Source: a virus (lineage: Duplodnaviria > Heunggongvirae > Uroviricota > Caudoviricetes). From it: a stretch of 64,000 nt of DNA. The DNA lies in IMG/VR virus record IMGVR_UViG_3300044765_000092, positions 1 to 64,000 of that record; one strand, 5' to 3'. Shown here one piece after another: positions 37,693 through 47,742 of the stretch. The notes below the pieces were generated by a model that made no database searches, had not been told where the DNA came from, and saw only the letters and a program-made list of their open reading frames with translations. The first letter of the stretch is position 1, and the number at the start of each line of letters is the position of its first letter. Both the position numbers and the translations under genes were made by a program.

Positions 37693-38772
37693 ATGAAAAT
37701 CAAGATCGACACTGACCTGTTGACATCGACTATCAAGTCGATCCAAAAATTGGCTCGCGCACCTCTGCTAATCGGCGAGGTACGCGGTAAGTTTCTACGA
37801 CTCACGGTGACGGGCGGCGGTAACTCGTGTTCGATGACCGTACCGTGTACTGTGATCGACAAAGGTGGTGAGCGCGAGTTCGCGGTCGATGGCAGCAATT
37901 TTGCATCGGCAGTCAACAAGCGCAAGGACCTGGAACTCGAGATCGAAGCGTCGGTCTTGAAAATGCGAGCTAAGGGTGGATACGTGGCTGAGCTCATGGT
38001 CCAACCTACGGAAGAGGTCGTGGTTGTCCCTGAACAAGTCAAAGAGGGTAAGGCCACGATGCTGGGCGATGCATTTCTCAATCGGCTGCGAACCTACTTG
38101 GCCAAGATCGAGCTACGTCCTCTCTTGTCCATCTATTCGCATGTGCCGCTGGCCGTCAGAGCCACGCCCAAGGGTACGTTTGTCGCCTGCTTTGATCACT
38201 ATCAAGCAGCATTCACGTTCGATCGCAAACTCAAATCCAAAGACGGCGAGGCCATCGACTTTGTGATCCCCAGCTCGTTGTTCTCAATGATTGCTGGTGA
38301 GATCAAGGGTCAGGACTACAAGCTGGCGATCACCGACACAGCGGTCTATGCCTACAACGACGCGTTTGAACTGGCGATCGCCACGTCGCAACCCGACGGT
38401 GAGTCGATTACGCTCGACAACGTGATCGAGCTGTACGAGGGGCTAGCCCAACGCAAGCTCGACAAGGTCGTACTCAAGACCGATTCGCTAACCAAGTTCT
38501 TCGACAATGCCAAGGCTGTGTACGACAAGGAAAGCGTGTTTGAACTCGTTGCCAAGGGCGGCAAGGGCAATATCAAACTCACGTCAGCGTTCGGCTCGGT
38601 CAAATCGGCGCTCAAGCTGGGCCACGGCTCCTCAGACATCAGTCTCAAGTGCGACTTCAGCTTCTTTCGGGCAATGATGGCCAAGGCGCCTGACACGTTG
38701 GAACTAGAGGTCGTACCCGAGTTCATCGTCTTCAAGAACAGTCCTGTAACCTACCTCATGAGTTTGGTATGA
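37693..38772 (+). CDS. DNA polymerase sliding clamp, DnaN (beta)-like
   Basis: 359 aa; MKIKIDTDLL N-terminus and three-domain beta/alpha periodicity as in DnaN; replication context. Confidence 0.55.
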   Translation: MKIKIDTDLLTSTIKSIQKLARAPLLIGEVRGKFLRLTVTGGGNSCSMTVPCTVIDKGGEREFAVDGSNFASAVNKRKDLELEIEASVLKMRAKGGYVAELMVQPTEEVVVVPEQVKEGKATMLGDAFLNRLRTYLAKIELRPLLSIYSHVPLAVRATPKGTFVACFDHYQAAFTFDRKLKSKDGEAIDFVIPSSLFSMIAGEIKGQDYKLAITDTAVYAYNDAFELAIATSQPDGESITLDNVIELYEGLAQRKLDKVVLKTDSLTKFFDNAKAVYDKESVFELVAKGGKGNIKLTSAFGSVKSALKLGHGSSDISLKCDFSFFRAMMAKAPDTLELEVVPEFIVFKNSPVTYLMSLV

Positions 38773-39098
38773 GCAACAACAATCGAACCTATACACCTGA
38801 CCGCTGGGAACTGGTCAAGATCACCAAAGGCACTCACTCGTACTACAGAGTTCTAGCTGGATGGGCCGGTGGATTCACCACTGGAGCTAGCTGGAAATTG
38901 AGCAGCGGCGTCAACGAGATCGAGAAGGACGACGAGGCCTACCACTTCCACAACGCGTCAGGTAGCGTTTACTCATGCCGATTCAACTCGCGTGGGCTGA
39001 CTGGCCTCACAGCGTCTGTTCTCAGTAACTTCCAGGCGGAGCTGGCAGCCGACGACACGACTATCGAGGTTGTAGATCCGGATGAGGCAACACTGTGA
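38769..39098 (+). CDS. Conserved phage hypothetical protein
   Basis: YTPDRW...YRVLAGWAGG...SWKLSSG pattern. Confidence 0.7.
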   Translation: MSNNNRTYTPDRWELVKITKGTHSYYRVLAGWAGGFTTGASWKLSSGVNEIEKDDEAYHFHNASGSVYSCRFNSRGLTGLTASVLSNFQAELAADDTTIEVVDPDEATL

Positions 39099-39337
39099 AC
39101 GACAATCTGGTTAGTGCCAAGGAACTGCGAGACCTTGGGCTTAAGATTCCGGACAACATCCCTGACTGTGCCACGACTCCGTGGCACAGTATCACCTGGA
39201 AAGCTGAGGGTGACCCGACTGTGGATCCTTCCACTAATGTCCTGGTCATGAATCTATCGTTCGTATTCAACGAAGCGTTTAAGTGGATCGAGGTTCCGAT
39301 GTTCGTTCAAAAGAAACCGGAGGATCAGTGCTCCTAG
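39095..39337 (+). CDS. Hypothetical protein
   Basis: 80-aa ORF, GTGA overlap. Confidence 0.55.
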   Translation: MNDNLVSAKELRDLGLKIPDNIPDCATTPWHSITWKAEGDPTVDPSTNVLVMNLSFVFNEAFKWIEVPMFVQKKPEDQCS

Positions 39338-39747
39338 ACGTACAGTTCTCGTACAACGCTCGGATCATCACGCCCATCAAAGTTCAAGACCGCCAATACT
39401 ACGTGCTGTTCCGGCGTAGCCAGATCAAGGGCCCGTTCTCGGTTCAGAACTCCGCATTGCAGGTACCAAACACGCTGGTACACATCGCAGACCTAAAGCC
39501 GATTCATCAGGACGAAGTTGTAGGCAACCTGTTCTTCAGCGGAGCCAACACGATGTGCAATGGCGGTATGCTTTTGGCCTACAGCGGCCTGTTCAAGACA
39601 AGCGTGAACTTTAGAACACCGACCGACTTCTCGGTCGATCTAGTGGTAAACACGCCAGATCTACAGGTGTTCAGTCAGCGGAACAAGGCAACGATGGTGG
39701 TGAGCCCGAGCATGAAACGCAAGATCAGAGAAAATCTAGAAGTATGA
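39328..39747 (+). CDS. Hypothetical protein
   Basis: GTG 39328 with ggagga RBS. Confidence 0.6.
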   Translation: MLLDVQFSYNARIITPIKVQDRQYYVLFRRSQIKGPFSVQNSALQVPNTLVHIADLKPIHQDEVVGNLFFSGANTMCNGGMLLAYSGLFKTSVNFRTPTDFSVDLVVNTPDLQVFSQRNKATMVVSPSMKRKIRENLEV

Positions 39748-40292
39748 CAGCCAAGACCGCAAAAGCACCAAAGAAGGCGGAGCTGCGCGACGCGCTGCGT
39801 GAAGACAAGACGTTTGCCAAGTACCGACGAATAGTCAAGATGGTGCGCGAAGCACTGGACCTTGAGGCACTTGAACAAGAGGTGATGCGCCTTCACGTGG
39901 GGCGTGAGAGCCGGACTCTTGACGGCACAGTCCCAAGCCCAGACAAAGTGTATGCAGCGAACCAGCAAGACGCTAAGTATCGAAGCCGAATGGCCGAGAT
40001 CCGCGTTCAGTTGTTCAAGCAGTCTGGCGCGTTGGCCAAAGCCACCAAGGAAGTACGTCTCTATCTGGCAGACGAGTACGGTTCGTATGTGAGTGGCCGG
40101 ACCGTGGCTGAGCGCAACACCTACTTCAATCGCTACATGAACACAGCGATTGCACTGACCGAAGACATCGACAACCTGATGGAGCGCATCGACTTTTTGA
40201 TCAAGGACATCGATCAGATGGGGTTTACGCTGCGTCGGTCGATAGATGTGCTCGAACTCATATATGGCAAGAACTCCGATAGGCATGTATGA
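39744..40292 (+). CDS. Helical protein, possible UvsY-like recombination mediator
   Basis: C-terminal IKDIDQMGFTLRRSID resembles the UvsY end; close to a UvsW-like helicase. Confidence 0.45.
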   Translation: MTAKTAKAPKKAELRDALREDKTFAKYRRIVKMVREALDLEALEQEVMRLHVGRESRTLDGTVPSPDKVYAANQQDAKYRSRMAEIRVQLFKQSGALAKATKEVRLYLADEYGSYVSGRTVAERNTYFNRYMNTAIALTEDIDNLMERIDFLIKDIDQMGFTLRRSIDVLELIYGKNSDRHV

Positions 40293-40555
40293 ACAGTAGC
40301 ACCACCAAACCAGGACCTAGCTTCTGCTGGCATTGCAATGGCGACTTGTCGCGCAACAGTCAGGGTGGGTGCATCTACGCCATAGTCATCGACCGCGACC
40401 TCAACGAGCACCGTGTTCATAAGACGTGCGTCGAGGATGCAACAGCAGAACCAGGTGTGACTGAGATCAAAATCCCCAAGAACATTAGCCAACACACAGT
40501 CGAGGAAGCCGCAGACGCCATTACACGTGAGATTTTGCGCTCAGCTGTAAAGTGA
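40289..40555 (+). CDS. Small Cys/His protein
   Basis: CWHC...HKTC. Confidence 0.55.
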   Translation: MNSSTTKPGPSFCWHCNGDLSRNSQGGCIYAIVIDRDLNEHRVHKTCVEDATAEPGVTEIKIPKNISQHTVEEAADAITREILRSAVK

Positions 40556-40559
40556 GTCC

Positions 40560-42101
40560 ATGCCGGTCACAAAAGCTATTTTGAAGGACGGTCTCTACGT
40601 GCCGATCCGATTCGTATCGCCGACGCAACTAGAAAAGGTGCGTCGGCGATATTCGTTTGACTTCTACGACAAAGAACAGATCTGTGAGAAGTGCGAGTAC
40701 TTTGAACTCCGTCCTTGCGAGACCTGTGCTAACTGCCCGAACTATCACGGTCGGGTCAATACATGGCGCCGTCACGAGACCAAGGAAGGTAAAGAGTTTT
40801 TACGCCTCCCATTCGGTGATATTGCGGGCGCTGAACGCATCTTTGGTCGACTGAAGATAGCGGACAAACGCCCCGAAGTGCCGATGAAGCGGCGCATCAA
40901 GTTCACGGGTGGGTTTGACGATGGTCGTGAATTCCAGATCAAGGCCATTCGAGCGATGATCGATCAGCAGTACGGTGGTGTGCTGAAGTCGGCACCCCGG
41001 ACTGGCAAGACGGTGATGGCCGCTGCCTACGTGTGCGAGCTCGGCCTCAAGACCGTGATCATGGCTGCTCAGCAGGAATGGCTTGATGGGTTCTACGAAA
41101 CGTTTGCTGGGTCTGAGACGCAAGAAGCGCTGACCAACGTGAGCAAGAAACGAATCGGCTTCCCCAAGACAATGGAGCAGGTAGACCAGTACGACATTTG
41201 CCTGTTCACCTACCAGACGTTCCTGAGTCCAAAGGGCCGCAAGTTTTTCGAGCGCATCAAGAACAAGTTTAGTGTGCTGATCGTCGACGAGGTGCAGACT
41301 GCTGGCGCTGAAGAGCTAGGCCGTATAGTCTCCAACCTGAACGTCAAGTACAAGATCGGCTTGTCGGGCACGCCCGAACGCAAGGACTCGAAGGAACGAG
41401 TAATCTACAAGCTCTTTGGGCCGATCTTCCATCAGACTAAGGCCAAACGCCTGCAACCGCAGATCCAGTGTCGGTTCACGAACATCACCAGCAAGGTCAA
41501 GTTGCCGCAAACCTGGCCCTACATCGTTCGCCGCTTTGAAGAAGATCCCGTGCGCCTGAAGCAGATTGCCAAGGAAGCACTCAAGGACGTCAAGGCCGGT
41601 CACTCGATCTTGATACCGTTCCACCGCACGGCCCCGATCAAGGCGCTGGCTGAGGCCATCAACAAGATGGCCGGTCGTAGGATTGCCGTGTCGTTTTACG
41701 GTGGATCGAAGAAAGCGGACCGTAAGACCTACGTTCAGCAGGCTCGCGAGTACAAGATCAAGGTGGTGGTCGGCCAGTTCCGTCTGTTGTCCACCGGCCT
41801 GAACATTCCACGGGCCTCCATGCTCTACGAGGTGACGTTGAGCAGCAACCCACCAAAGGCTGAACAGCGATTTGCTCGGGTGCTTACGCCATACGAGGGA
41901 AAGCCTCAACCGGTGATCAAGTATTTCCTGGATGATCAGCAGGTCCGTCGGTCGTGTATCAGCGCCGAGTACTGGAAGGTCATGCATCCGCAGTTCAGGC
42001 CAATGTTCGACCCTGCGACCAAGGAACTGTTCTTCAAGTATTTGGGAAAGAAACGCGAGCGGTGGTCAAGTGTAAATGACTACACTGGTGGTCGCATATG
42101 A
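40560..42101 (+). CDS. SF2 DNA helicase, UvsW-like, with N-terminal Cys cluster
   Basis: APRTGKT, DEVQ, LSGTP, TGLNIP, QRFAR; CxxC..CxxCxxC. Confidence 0.88.
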   Translation: MPVTKAILKDGLYVPIRFVSPTQLEKVRRRYSFDFYDKEQICEKCEYFELRPCETCANCPNYHGRVNTWRRHETKEGKEFLRLPFGDIAGAERIFGRLKIADKRPEVPMKRRIKFTGGFDDGREFQIKAIRAMIDQQYGGVLKSAPRTGKTVMAAAYVCELGLKTVIMAAQQEWLDGFYETFAGSETQEALTNVSKKRIGFPKTMEQVDQYDICLFTYQTFLSPKGRKFFERIKNKFSVLIVDEVQTAGAEELGRIVSNLNVKYKIGLSGTPERKDSKERVIYKLFGPIFHQTKAKRLQPQIQCRFTNITSKVKLPQTWPYIVRRFEEDPVRLKQIAKEALKDVKAGHSILIPFHRTAPIKALAEAINKMAGRRIAVSFYGGSKKADRKTYVQQAREYKIKVVVGQFRLLSTGLNIPRASMLYEVTLSSNPPKAEQRFARVLTPYEGKPQPVIKYFLDDQQVRRSCISAEYWKVMHPQFRPMFDPATKELFFKYLGKKRERWSSVNDYTGGRI

Positions 42102-42119
42102 AGGTAGCGTGAACGAACA

Positions 42120-43415
42120 ATGAGCCAAAAACCTACAACCGATTATACGTGGGAAGAAGACGAACTTGACGAAGCACTGCATCCAGGACCTGACTGGGAC
42201 CTAATGGAAGATGCACATAACGAGTCAAGTGCTGACAACGCTCACGAATCACATCGTGCAAGTCGTAGACCATGGAAACGCGCTGACGATGGTCAAACAC
42301 ATCTTCAATACGAGATGAATCGACAGCGATCGTACGATGGTCATTCGCGCTATAACGTGCGGGTTGAAACTAACGCTGAGTACCTATCTGTAGACGCTTA
42401 CGAAACAACGGACGAACTACGAATGCAAAAACACGAACTGGCCGAAAGTGGCGTGGTCTTTGGTGTCTACGGTGTAGACGAATGGGCGACCAACGCGTTC
42501 CTGCGTAAACAACTTGAGCTGGGCAAGTCATCGCTATGCGTAGCTGAATCATGGATCGTTCCTTCTACGTTCGATCTGCAATCTTGGGTGTTTGCCCTAT
42601 CACCTCAGTTCAACTTTACGAGCCCTCGCCGTGCGCTGGTGTTTGTGCCGTGGGGTCTATTGGAGGTCACGCTGATCCGCACCAAGCTGGTGATCGAGCT
42701 CAACGGTGAGCCTGAACCTGTTCTTGCGTTCCGTGACAAGATGGATGCTCAGTTCGAGCGGGCACGCAACATGATCCAATGGATCTACGACCGTGATGGT
42801 AGCTCGGTGTCGGTGCCGCTCAACTACCGACCGGCAATCAAGTCTGCGTACCCGTGGCTGTCAAAGCCGTTGGACGAGTATATCAATGACTACCTGAACA
42901 ACGACGCTAGTGTTCTGATTCTCATTGGTCCGCCGGGCACGGGCAAGACCACGTTCATCAAGAACGTGATCTACCAGTCTAAGGGTGACGCACGCATCAC
43001 CTACGATACAGCGGTGATGGAATCGGATGGTCTTTTCGCCAAGTTTGTGCAGGACAAGGCACAGTTCTTGATTCTGGAAGATTCTGACAACTTCCTGATC
43101 GCACGCGAGGACGGCAATTCGATGATGCACAAGTTCCTCAACGTGTCGGACGGCCTGATCAGCACCCGTGACAAGAAACTCATCTTCTCAACGAATCTGC
43201 CGTCCGTACGGTCCATTGATTCGGCGCTCATGCGTCCCGGGCGGTGCTTCGACGTAGTGGAATTCAGGTCGTTGACTCGGAACGAGGCACAAGCCGTGTA
43301 CGACGAAACTGGCAACAAGGCGGAACTGCCTGACGGTAACGACTTCACGCTGGCCGAGTTGTTCGGTCACACAGCATCGGGTTCGGTGCCGAATCGCAAG
43401 GCAGGCTTTTACTAA
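42120..43415 (+). CDS. AAA+ ATPase
   Basis: GPPGTGKT, ILED, LNVSDG, STN, DSALMRPGR. Confidence 0.9.
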   Translation: MSQKPTTDYTWEEDELDEALHPGPDWDLMEDAHNESSADNAHESHRASRRPWKRADDGQTHLQYEMNRQRSYDGHSRYNVRVETNAEYLSVDAYETTDELRMQKHELAESGVVFGVYGVDEWATNAFLRKQLELGKSSLCVAESWIVPSTFDLQSWVFALSPQFNFTSPRRALVFVPWGLLEVTLIRTKLVIELNGEPEPVLAFRDKMDAQFERARNMIQWIYDRDGSSVSVPLNYRPAIKSAYPWLSKPLDEYINDYLNNDASVLILIGPPGTGKTTFIKNVIYQSKGDARITYDTAVMESDGLFAKFVQDKAQFLILEDSDNFLIAREDGNSMMHKFLNVSDGLISTRDKKLIFSTNLPSVRSIDSALMRPGRCFDVVEFRSLTRNEAQAVYDETGNKAELPDGNDFTLAELFGHTASGSVPNRKAGFY

Positions 43416-43417
43416 GT

Positions 43418-43663
43418 GTGATACACACGCGCGCACACATGGCAACAGTAACGTTCATGAACGATCACAACGCAGTCGTGGCCGAGTCCAACATGGAGTT
43501 CTTGCCGCGAGTGGGTGACAACATCCAACTCGTCAATCTGGCGACAAAGCGGGCCATTACATACCGAGTGACAAGTATCACACACTCGATGGCTCCTCTC
43601 GTCGAAGGGGCTACGGCCCACGCATCGACAGCTACACTGGTCGGAGTGTCTTATGTCAGCTAA
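43418..43663 (+). CDS. Hypothetical protein
   Basis: LPRVGD motif; 81 aa. Confidence 0.5.
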   Translation: MIHTRAHMATVTFMNDHNAVVAESNMEFLPRVGDNIQLVNLATKRAITYRVTSITHSMAPLVEGATAHASTATLVGVSYVS

Positions 43664-43919
43664 TCAAACAAATGACCTACAGGAGTGGACGCCACCAAAC
43701 GTAGGCAGCATGTGGAAACACGAGAACGGTGTGATCTACACTGTGCTCGACGTACTTAACCTCGACGCAGCACCCGAACGCCGGGCCGAGTTCCCGGTTA
43801 TCATTGCGTACCGCGGACCGGATGGTAAGAGATGGGCATGCACGATTCACAAGTGGAAAGACAGCTACGATCGCAAACGCCTTGTGCAGATCCTAGGTCC
43901 TGTTGACCATGCAACGTGA
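43653..43919 (+). CDS. Small SH3-like (DUF1653-like) protein
   Basis: GSMWKHENGVIYTV...VIIAY...GKRW. Confidence 0.55.
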   Translation: MSANQTNDLQEWTPPNVGSMWKHENGVIYTVLDVLNLDAAPERRAEFPVIIAYRGPDGKRWACTIHKWKDSYDRKRLVQILGPVDHAT

Positions 43920-44502
43920 TTACCGTCTGATCAAGCTCGAACCCACGGCTGTTCCGGCGCTGCGTGTACGCGGCATGAACGGATCAGTCCTGGGCCAGCA
44001 GCCATATAGGCTAAAGCCCACGACGTTTACCAGCCAAATCGAGGGACTCAAGCCTAAGCTCTTCAGTCAAGCTCAGCAACTGCTGTCCCTGGACCAGTTC
44101 TTCGACAACCCGTTCGTGGCCCAGAACATCTGCTTGGTGAGTGCTCCAAACGATGGTCAAGCTAAATTGCTTGCTGCCTACATGATGCAGTATGCGCTGT
44201 GCAACACACCTAGCGGCAAGGCCCTTCCGTTGTGGCACGATCTGACCGGAGGGTTCGACAACCCGGTGTTGAAGAACAGTGTGAGCTGCAGTCTGCTTGT
44301 TCTCAACAACGTTGGAGCTGATAGCACGGCACCAAAGATCGAGAAGCTGCGTGATCTGCTGGAGACCTACTCCGACGTTCCGCGTGTGGTAGTAGCAACT
44401 GGAACTGATCCGTTTGCGTTCTTCACCAAGCACCTGTATCTCTCAGTCCACACGGTTGTCTACCTGACTACCGATCTTGTACGAAAGTCTGTTGACCTAT
44501 GA
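43909..44502 (+). CDS. Degenerate DnaC/IstB-like P-loop protein (helicase-loader candidate)
   Basis: LLVLNNVG at the Walker B position (canonical LLxLDDxG); Walker A eroded. Confidence 0.45.
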   Translation: MQRDYRLIKLEPTAVPALRVRGMNGSVLGQQPYRLKPTTFTSQIEGLKPKLFSQAQQLLSLDQFFDNPFVAQNICLVSAPNDGQAKLLAAYMMQYALCNTPSGKALPLWHDLTGGFDNPVLKNSVSCSLLVLNNVGADSTAPKIEKLRDLLETYSDVPRVVVATGTDPFAFFTKHLYLSVHTVVYLTTDLVRKSVDL

Positions 44503-44753
44503 CTGCTATCACCATCAACGGAAAGCTGCGACACGTTGGGTCCGACGTGTCGTACACTGAGATCACAAAACTGGCGTACATCATCGACATCCCTAGACTG
44601 GTTGTTGCCTATCGTCATCCGACAGAAAGTACGACCCGCGATTTGACTCGCGCAGACGGTCGAGTCAAAGTGCAAAACGGTACCACGTTCTTTGTCAAGC
44701 AGGCCGAAGAGGCTACTGCTACTGTTCAACCCAAGGAGAATACCAATGTTTGA
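44499..44753 (+). CDS. Ubiquitin-like (Multi_ubiq-type) beta-grasp protein
   Basis: ITINGK...VSYTEITKLA...VAY...L...VKVQNGTTFFV pattern. Confidence 0.55.
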   Translation: MTAITINGKLRHVGSDVSYTEITKLAYIIDIPRLVVAYRHPTESTTRDLTRADGRVKVQNGTTFFVKQAEEATATVQPKENTNV

Positions 44754-45315
44754 ACTCCCATTGTTCCTGGACATCGTGCTCTTCGCATGGTTCATGTCCT
44801 TTGCGGTCCTGGCTACACTGCTGGAGTTTGAGCCTGATTCGAGTCTAGGCGGTCAGCTAACCTCGCTGATCATAGGAGGCTTCCTCTACTGGTTGATCGG
44901 TACGCTTGGATACCCTCACGATTGGAAGACTCCGTTCCTGGTCATCCAGTCACAGGCTACATGGACGAATGCCGCGGCTTACGTCGTGGTGGGCGTGTTG
45001 TTTGCCTACTTTGAATGGGCGTGCTTCTGCCGAGCGGGCTATCGGTGGGCGCAAGAAGAACTCAAAAGCATTCGGAACGCCAGCTATTTCTATTACAAAG
45101 ATACTCTGAAGTTCCCGCGCGACAATCAGCCTACAGTAGCGAATTACGGTTCGGCATGTTCGATGTTCACAGCTTGGATCGTGTTCTGGCCGTTCTACAT
45201 CCCAGGGCTGGTCATCGGTGACTTGTTTGGTGCCGTGTGGCGTGCCGTAAAAGTGCCGATGAAAGCCAGCCTACAAGCAGTCCTCAGTCTAGCTATCAAG
45301 GTTCCGCATGAGTGA
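44746..45315 (+). CDS. Multi-pass membrane protein
   Basis: Four hydrophobic segments; aaggag RBS. Confidence 0.7.
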   Translation: MFELPLFLDIVLFAWFMSFAVLATLLEFEPDSSLGGQLTSLIIGGFLYWLIGTLGYPHDWKTPFLVIQSQATWTNAAAYVVVGVLFAYFEWACFCRAGYRWAQEELKSIRNASYFYYKDTLKFPRDNQPTVANYGSACSMFTAWIVFWPFYIPGLVIGDLFGAVWRAVKVPMKASLQAVLSLAIKVPHE

Positions 45316-45694
45316 TAATCTGTCTCAAACCTTTGGCCTGTATTTGCTGATCAAAGCCCGGCTCAAGGACGACGACTCTGACAAGACAGCGCCTATCGGC
45401 ACCGTAGCCTATGGGATTGGCGACCTGGAAGACAGCGTGTGGCTTGAATGTGATGGGTCACTGGTGCGCAAAGCTGAGTTCCCTGAGCTCTATTCGGTGC
45501 TTGGCGATCAGTACAGCCCTCCAAAGGTCATTCAGTCCAGTATCTCGATCGGATGGGTGGACACGGTCGTTCACTCCTGGTTGGGTATCCAACGCAAGTC
45601 CGTCCCAAACCCGGCCTACAACCCGGATTACTTTGGGCTGCCAAACACGCCGACGGATCCGTCCAAACTGGTCAAGACCAAGGTAGGACCATGA
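45308..45694 (+). CDS. Stand-alone phage tail collar domain protein
   Basis: PIGTV...WLECDGS...EFPELYSVLG..Y...FGLPN. Confidence 0.75.
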   Translation: MSDNLSQTFGLYLLIKARLKDDDSDKTAPIGTVAYGIGDLEDSVWLECDGSLVRKAEFPELYSVLGDQYSPPKVIQSSISIGWVDTVVHSWLGIQRKSVPNPAYNPDYFGLPNTPTDPSKLVKTKVGP

Positions 45695-46038
45695 CCACCG
45701 ACACGTTGCGCAAGCACGTAATCGAGGAATGCGCAGCTCACTTGGAGACAGTAGCTCGTCAGTTTATTGAGCTCGCCAAGGAACTGCGTGACAACGATTA
45801 CTTAGGCGCAATGTCTATGTCAGACATCTTCGGTATGGCTGCACGTGAGGTCCGTTTGTTGGACCCGGACAACAAAGAAACTGAAGAACGAAACCGCCAA
45901 CGTGTAAAGGAATGGCAGCAGGCTATTCAGCGTCAGACCGACGAGATCGAGCGACGTGATCTCGAAGAACCGGATGTTGATGAACAGCCAGCCGTAGGCT
46001 TTCCAGACATTGAACCACTTGGCCCTCAGAAACACTGA
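45691..46038 (+). CDS. Hypothetical protein
   Basis: ATG 45691 overlaps the upstream stop; agga RBS. Confidence 0.6.
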   Translation: MTTDTLRKHVIEECAAHLETVARQFIELAKELRDNDYLGAMSMSDIFGMAAREVRLLDPDNKETEERNRQRVKEWQQAIQRQTDEIERRDLEEPDVDEQPAVGFPDIEPLGPQKH

Positions 46039-47432
46039 TGAAACTCGTATCTTCCGAGTCAGAAGTCACCGCCCTAGCCGCTCTCTGTAGTCGCAACGTT
46101 GTCGTCGCCGGTACAGTCCTGGCCGGCGTCGACGATTCCTATTTCTACAACAGCTGGACAAGGGAGACATTCAAACGCATTGAGCAGATCAACAAGCGGA
46201 CTGGCAATCTACCACGTTGGCGCGAGCTGCTAGAAGACCCAAAGATAAAGGACACGACGAGGCAGAAACTTCGCAAGAGCGAAGTGTCGCCCGTCAAGTC
46301 TGTACCTGAAGCGCGTCGCCTTCTGGGCGGACTCAACAAGTACCGGCAACTCCGTGGTATGTTTGAGATGGCTGAGACTACGGTCAGCAAGCTCAATCAA
46401 TCGGCGGTTGATCCGGACGAAATGCTGGACGAGATTGCCAAGACGGTTGTGGCGCTTCGGCGGAACAAGTCTGAGTCCAGCGAGGTCATCACCTTCGGCA
46501 AGGGAAACAATAGCACAGAGATTGTCAAGCGCCTCTTGGACCCGGAGCAGGCTAACTACTTGCCGACCGGGTTTAGTGCTTTTGACGACGAGAACTGTGG
46601 TATAGGATTTGGCAATCTCTTCACCATCGGGGGTACATCTGGTGGTGGCAAGTCGACCGTGGCAATGCAGTTGGCAGTCAACTGGATGAACATGGGCGAG
46701 GACGTGACAATGGTCCCTCTGGAAATGTCAGAGGACGAAATGACCGCACGTCTGATGGCCAATGCCGCTGGACTTGATGTTCGTAAGATCCTGTTCCGAC
46801 GACTGTCTAAGGGCGAACGAGTCAAGTACATCAAGGCGTACAAGAAGTTTGTTCGTCGGGCAAAAACAGCCGGCGGTTCGTTCCGTCTGTTCAAGCCCAA
46901 GCAAGACATGACGATCGAGGAAATCATGGCCTCGATCTACCCGTTTGGCAGCCGAGTCGTAATCATCGACTACATTTCGCTGCTCAAGGGCGTCGACGGT
47001 GATGATGCATGGCAGAAGCTAGGGGCCGTGGCCCGTTACTGCAAGGTCTTTGCCGAGAACAACAACATGATCGTCGTGTTGCTGTGTCAGGTCAACGAAG
47101 AAGGTAAGATCCGATACGCTCAGGCCATCAAAGAACATAGCTCCTACTGCTGGGTGTTTGTTGCCAATCAGGCCACTCGGGAAAACGAGATCCTGAACGT
47201 CGAGCAGCTCAAGGCACGTAACGGGCGATTCTTTGACTTTACGCTCAAGACCGAAATGGCGTTCATGCGTGTGCGTGACATGGATACTGGTGAGCGTGAG
47301 AAATTGCAGTCGAAGATGAATACCAGCAAGAAGGGTAAGTCTTCAGGAGTTCCGTCCGACAAGAGCAAGTCGGAAACTGCTGCGGCTAATCCAACACCGT
47401 CCTATCTAAAGGACTTGGCTGAAGAGGTGTAG
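46038..47432 (+). CDS. dnaB: Replicative DNA helicase, DnaB family
   Basis: GGTSGGGKS, LEMS, IIDYI, LCQVN, KARNG. Confidence 0.9.
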   Translation: MKLVSSESEVTALAALCSRNVVVAGTVLAGVDDSYFYNSWTRETFKRIEQINKRTGNLPRWRELLEDPKIKDTTRQKLRKSEVSPVKSVPEARRLLGGLNKYRQLRGMFEMAETTVSKLNQSAVDPDEMLDEIAKTVVALRRNKSESSEVITFGKGNNSTEIVKRLLDPEQANYLPTGFSAFDDENCGIGFGNLFTIGGTSGGGKSTVAMQLAVNWMNMGEDVTMVPLEMSEDEMTARLMANAAGLDVRKILFRRLSKGERVKYIKAYKKFVRRAKTAGGSFRLFKPKQDMTIEEIMASIYPFGSRVVIIDYISLLKGVDGDDAWQKLGAVARYCKVFAENNNMIVVLLCQVNEEGKIRYAQAIKEHSSYCWVFVANQATRENEILNVEQLKARNGRFFDFTLKTEMAFMRVRDMDTGEREKLQSKMNTSKKGKSSGVPSDKSKSETAAANPTPSYLKDLAEEV

Positions 47433-47436
47433 TGAC

Positions 47437-47742
47437 ATGGGTATCAATCAAGGTGGGTGTAACCGGCAGTTCAGTCTGCCAGTAATACGTTCGAGTCTGC
47501 TGGCGAAGCTGGAATCGACACTGACGCCATTGCCACAATCGGCCAAGAAAAGTAAGGTTGGGCCTAAGAGAACAGACCCAGAGTCAAAACGCGGAAAGCT
47601 GATCGCTCGAGTACGTGGTGACAAGGATCTGCGAAATATGCGCACCTGCGACATCATTCAAAAGTACTCTCGCCAGCTTTCGCACAACCAGGTAATCAGC
47701 ATTGTGAACGGAACAACTGCTGGTCACATCGACCCTGTATGA
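47437..47742 (+). CDS. Small basic protein
   Basis: 101-aa K/R-rich ORF. Confidence 0.5.
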   Translation: MGINQGGCNRQFSLPVIRSSLLAKLESTLTPLPQSAKKSKVGPKRTDPESKRGKLIARVRGDKDLRNMRTCDIIQKYSRQLSHNQVISIVNGTTAGHIDPV

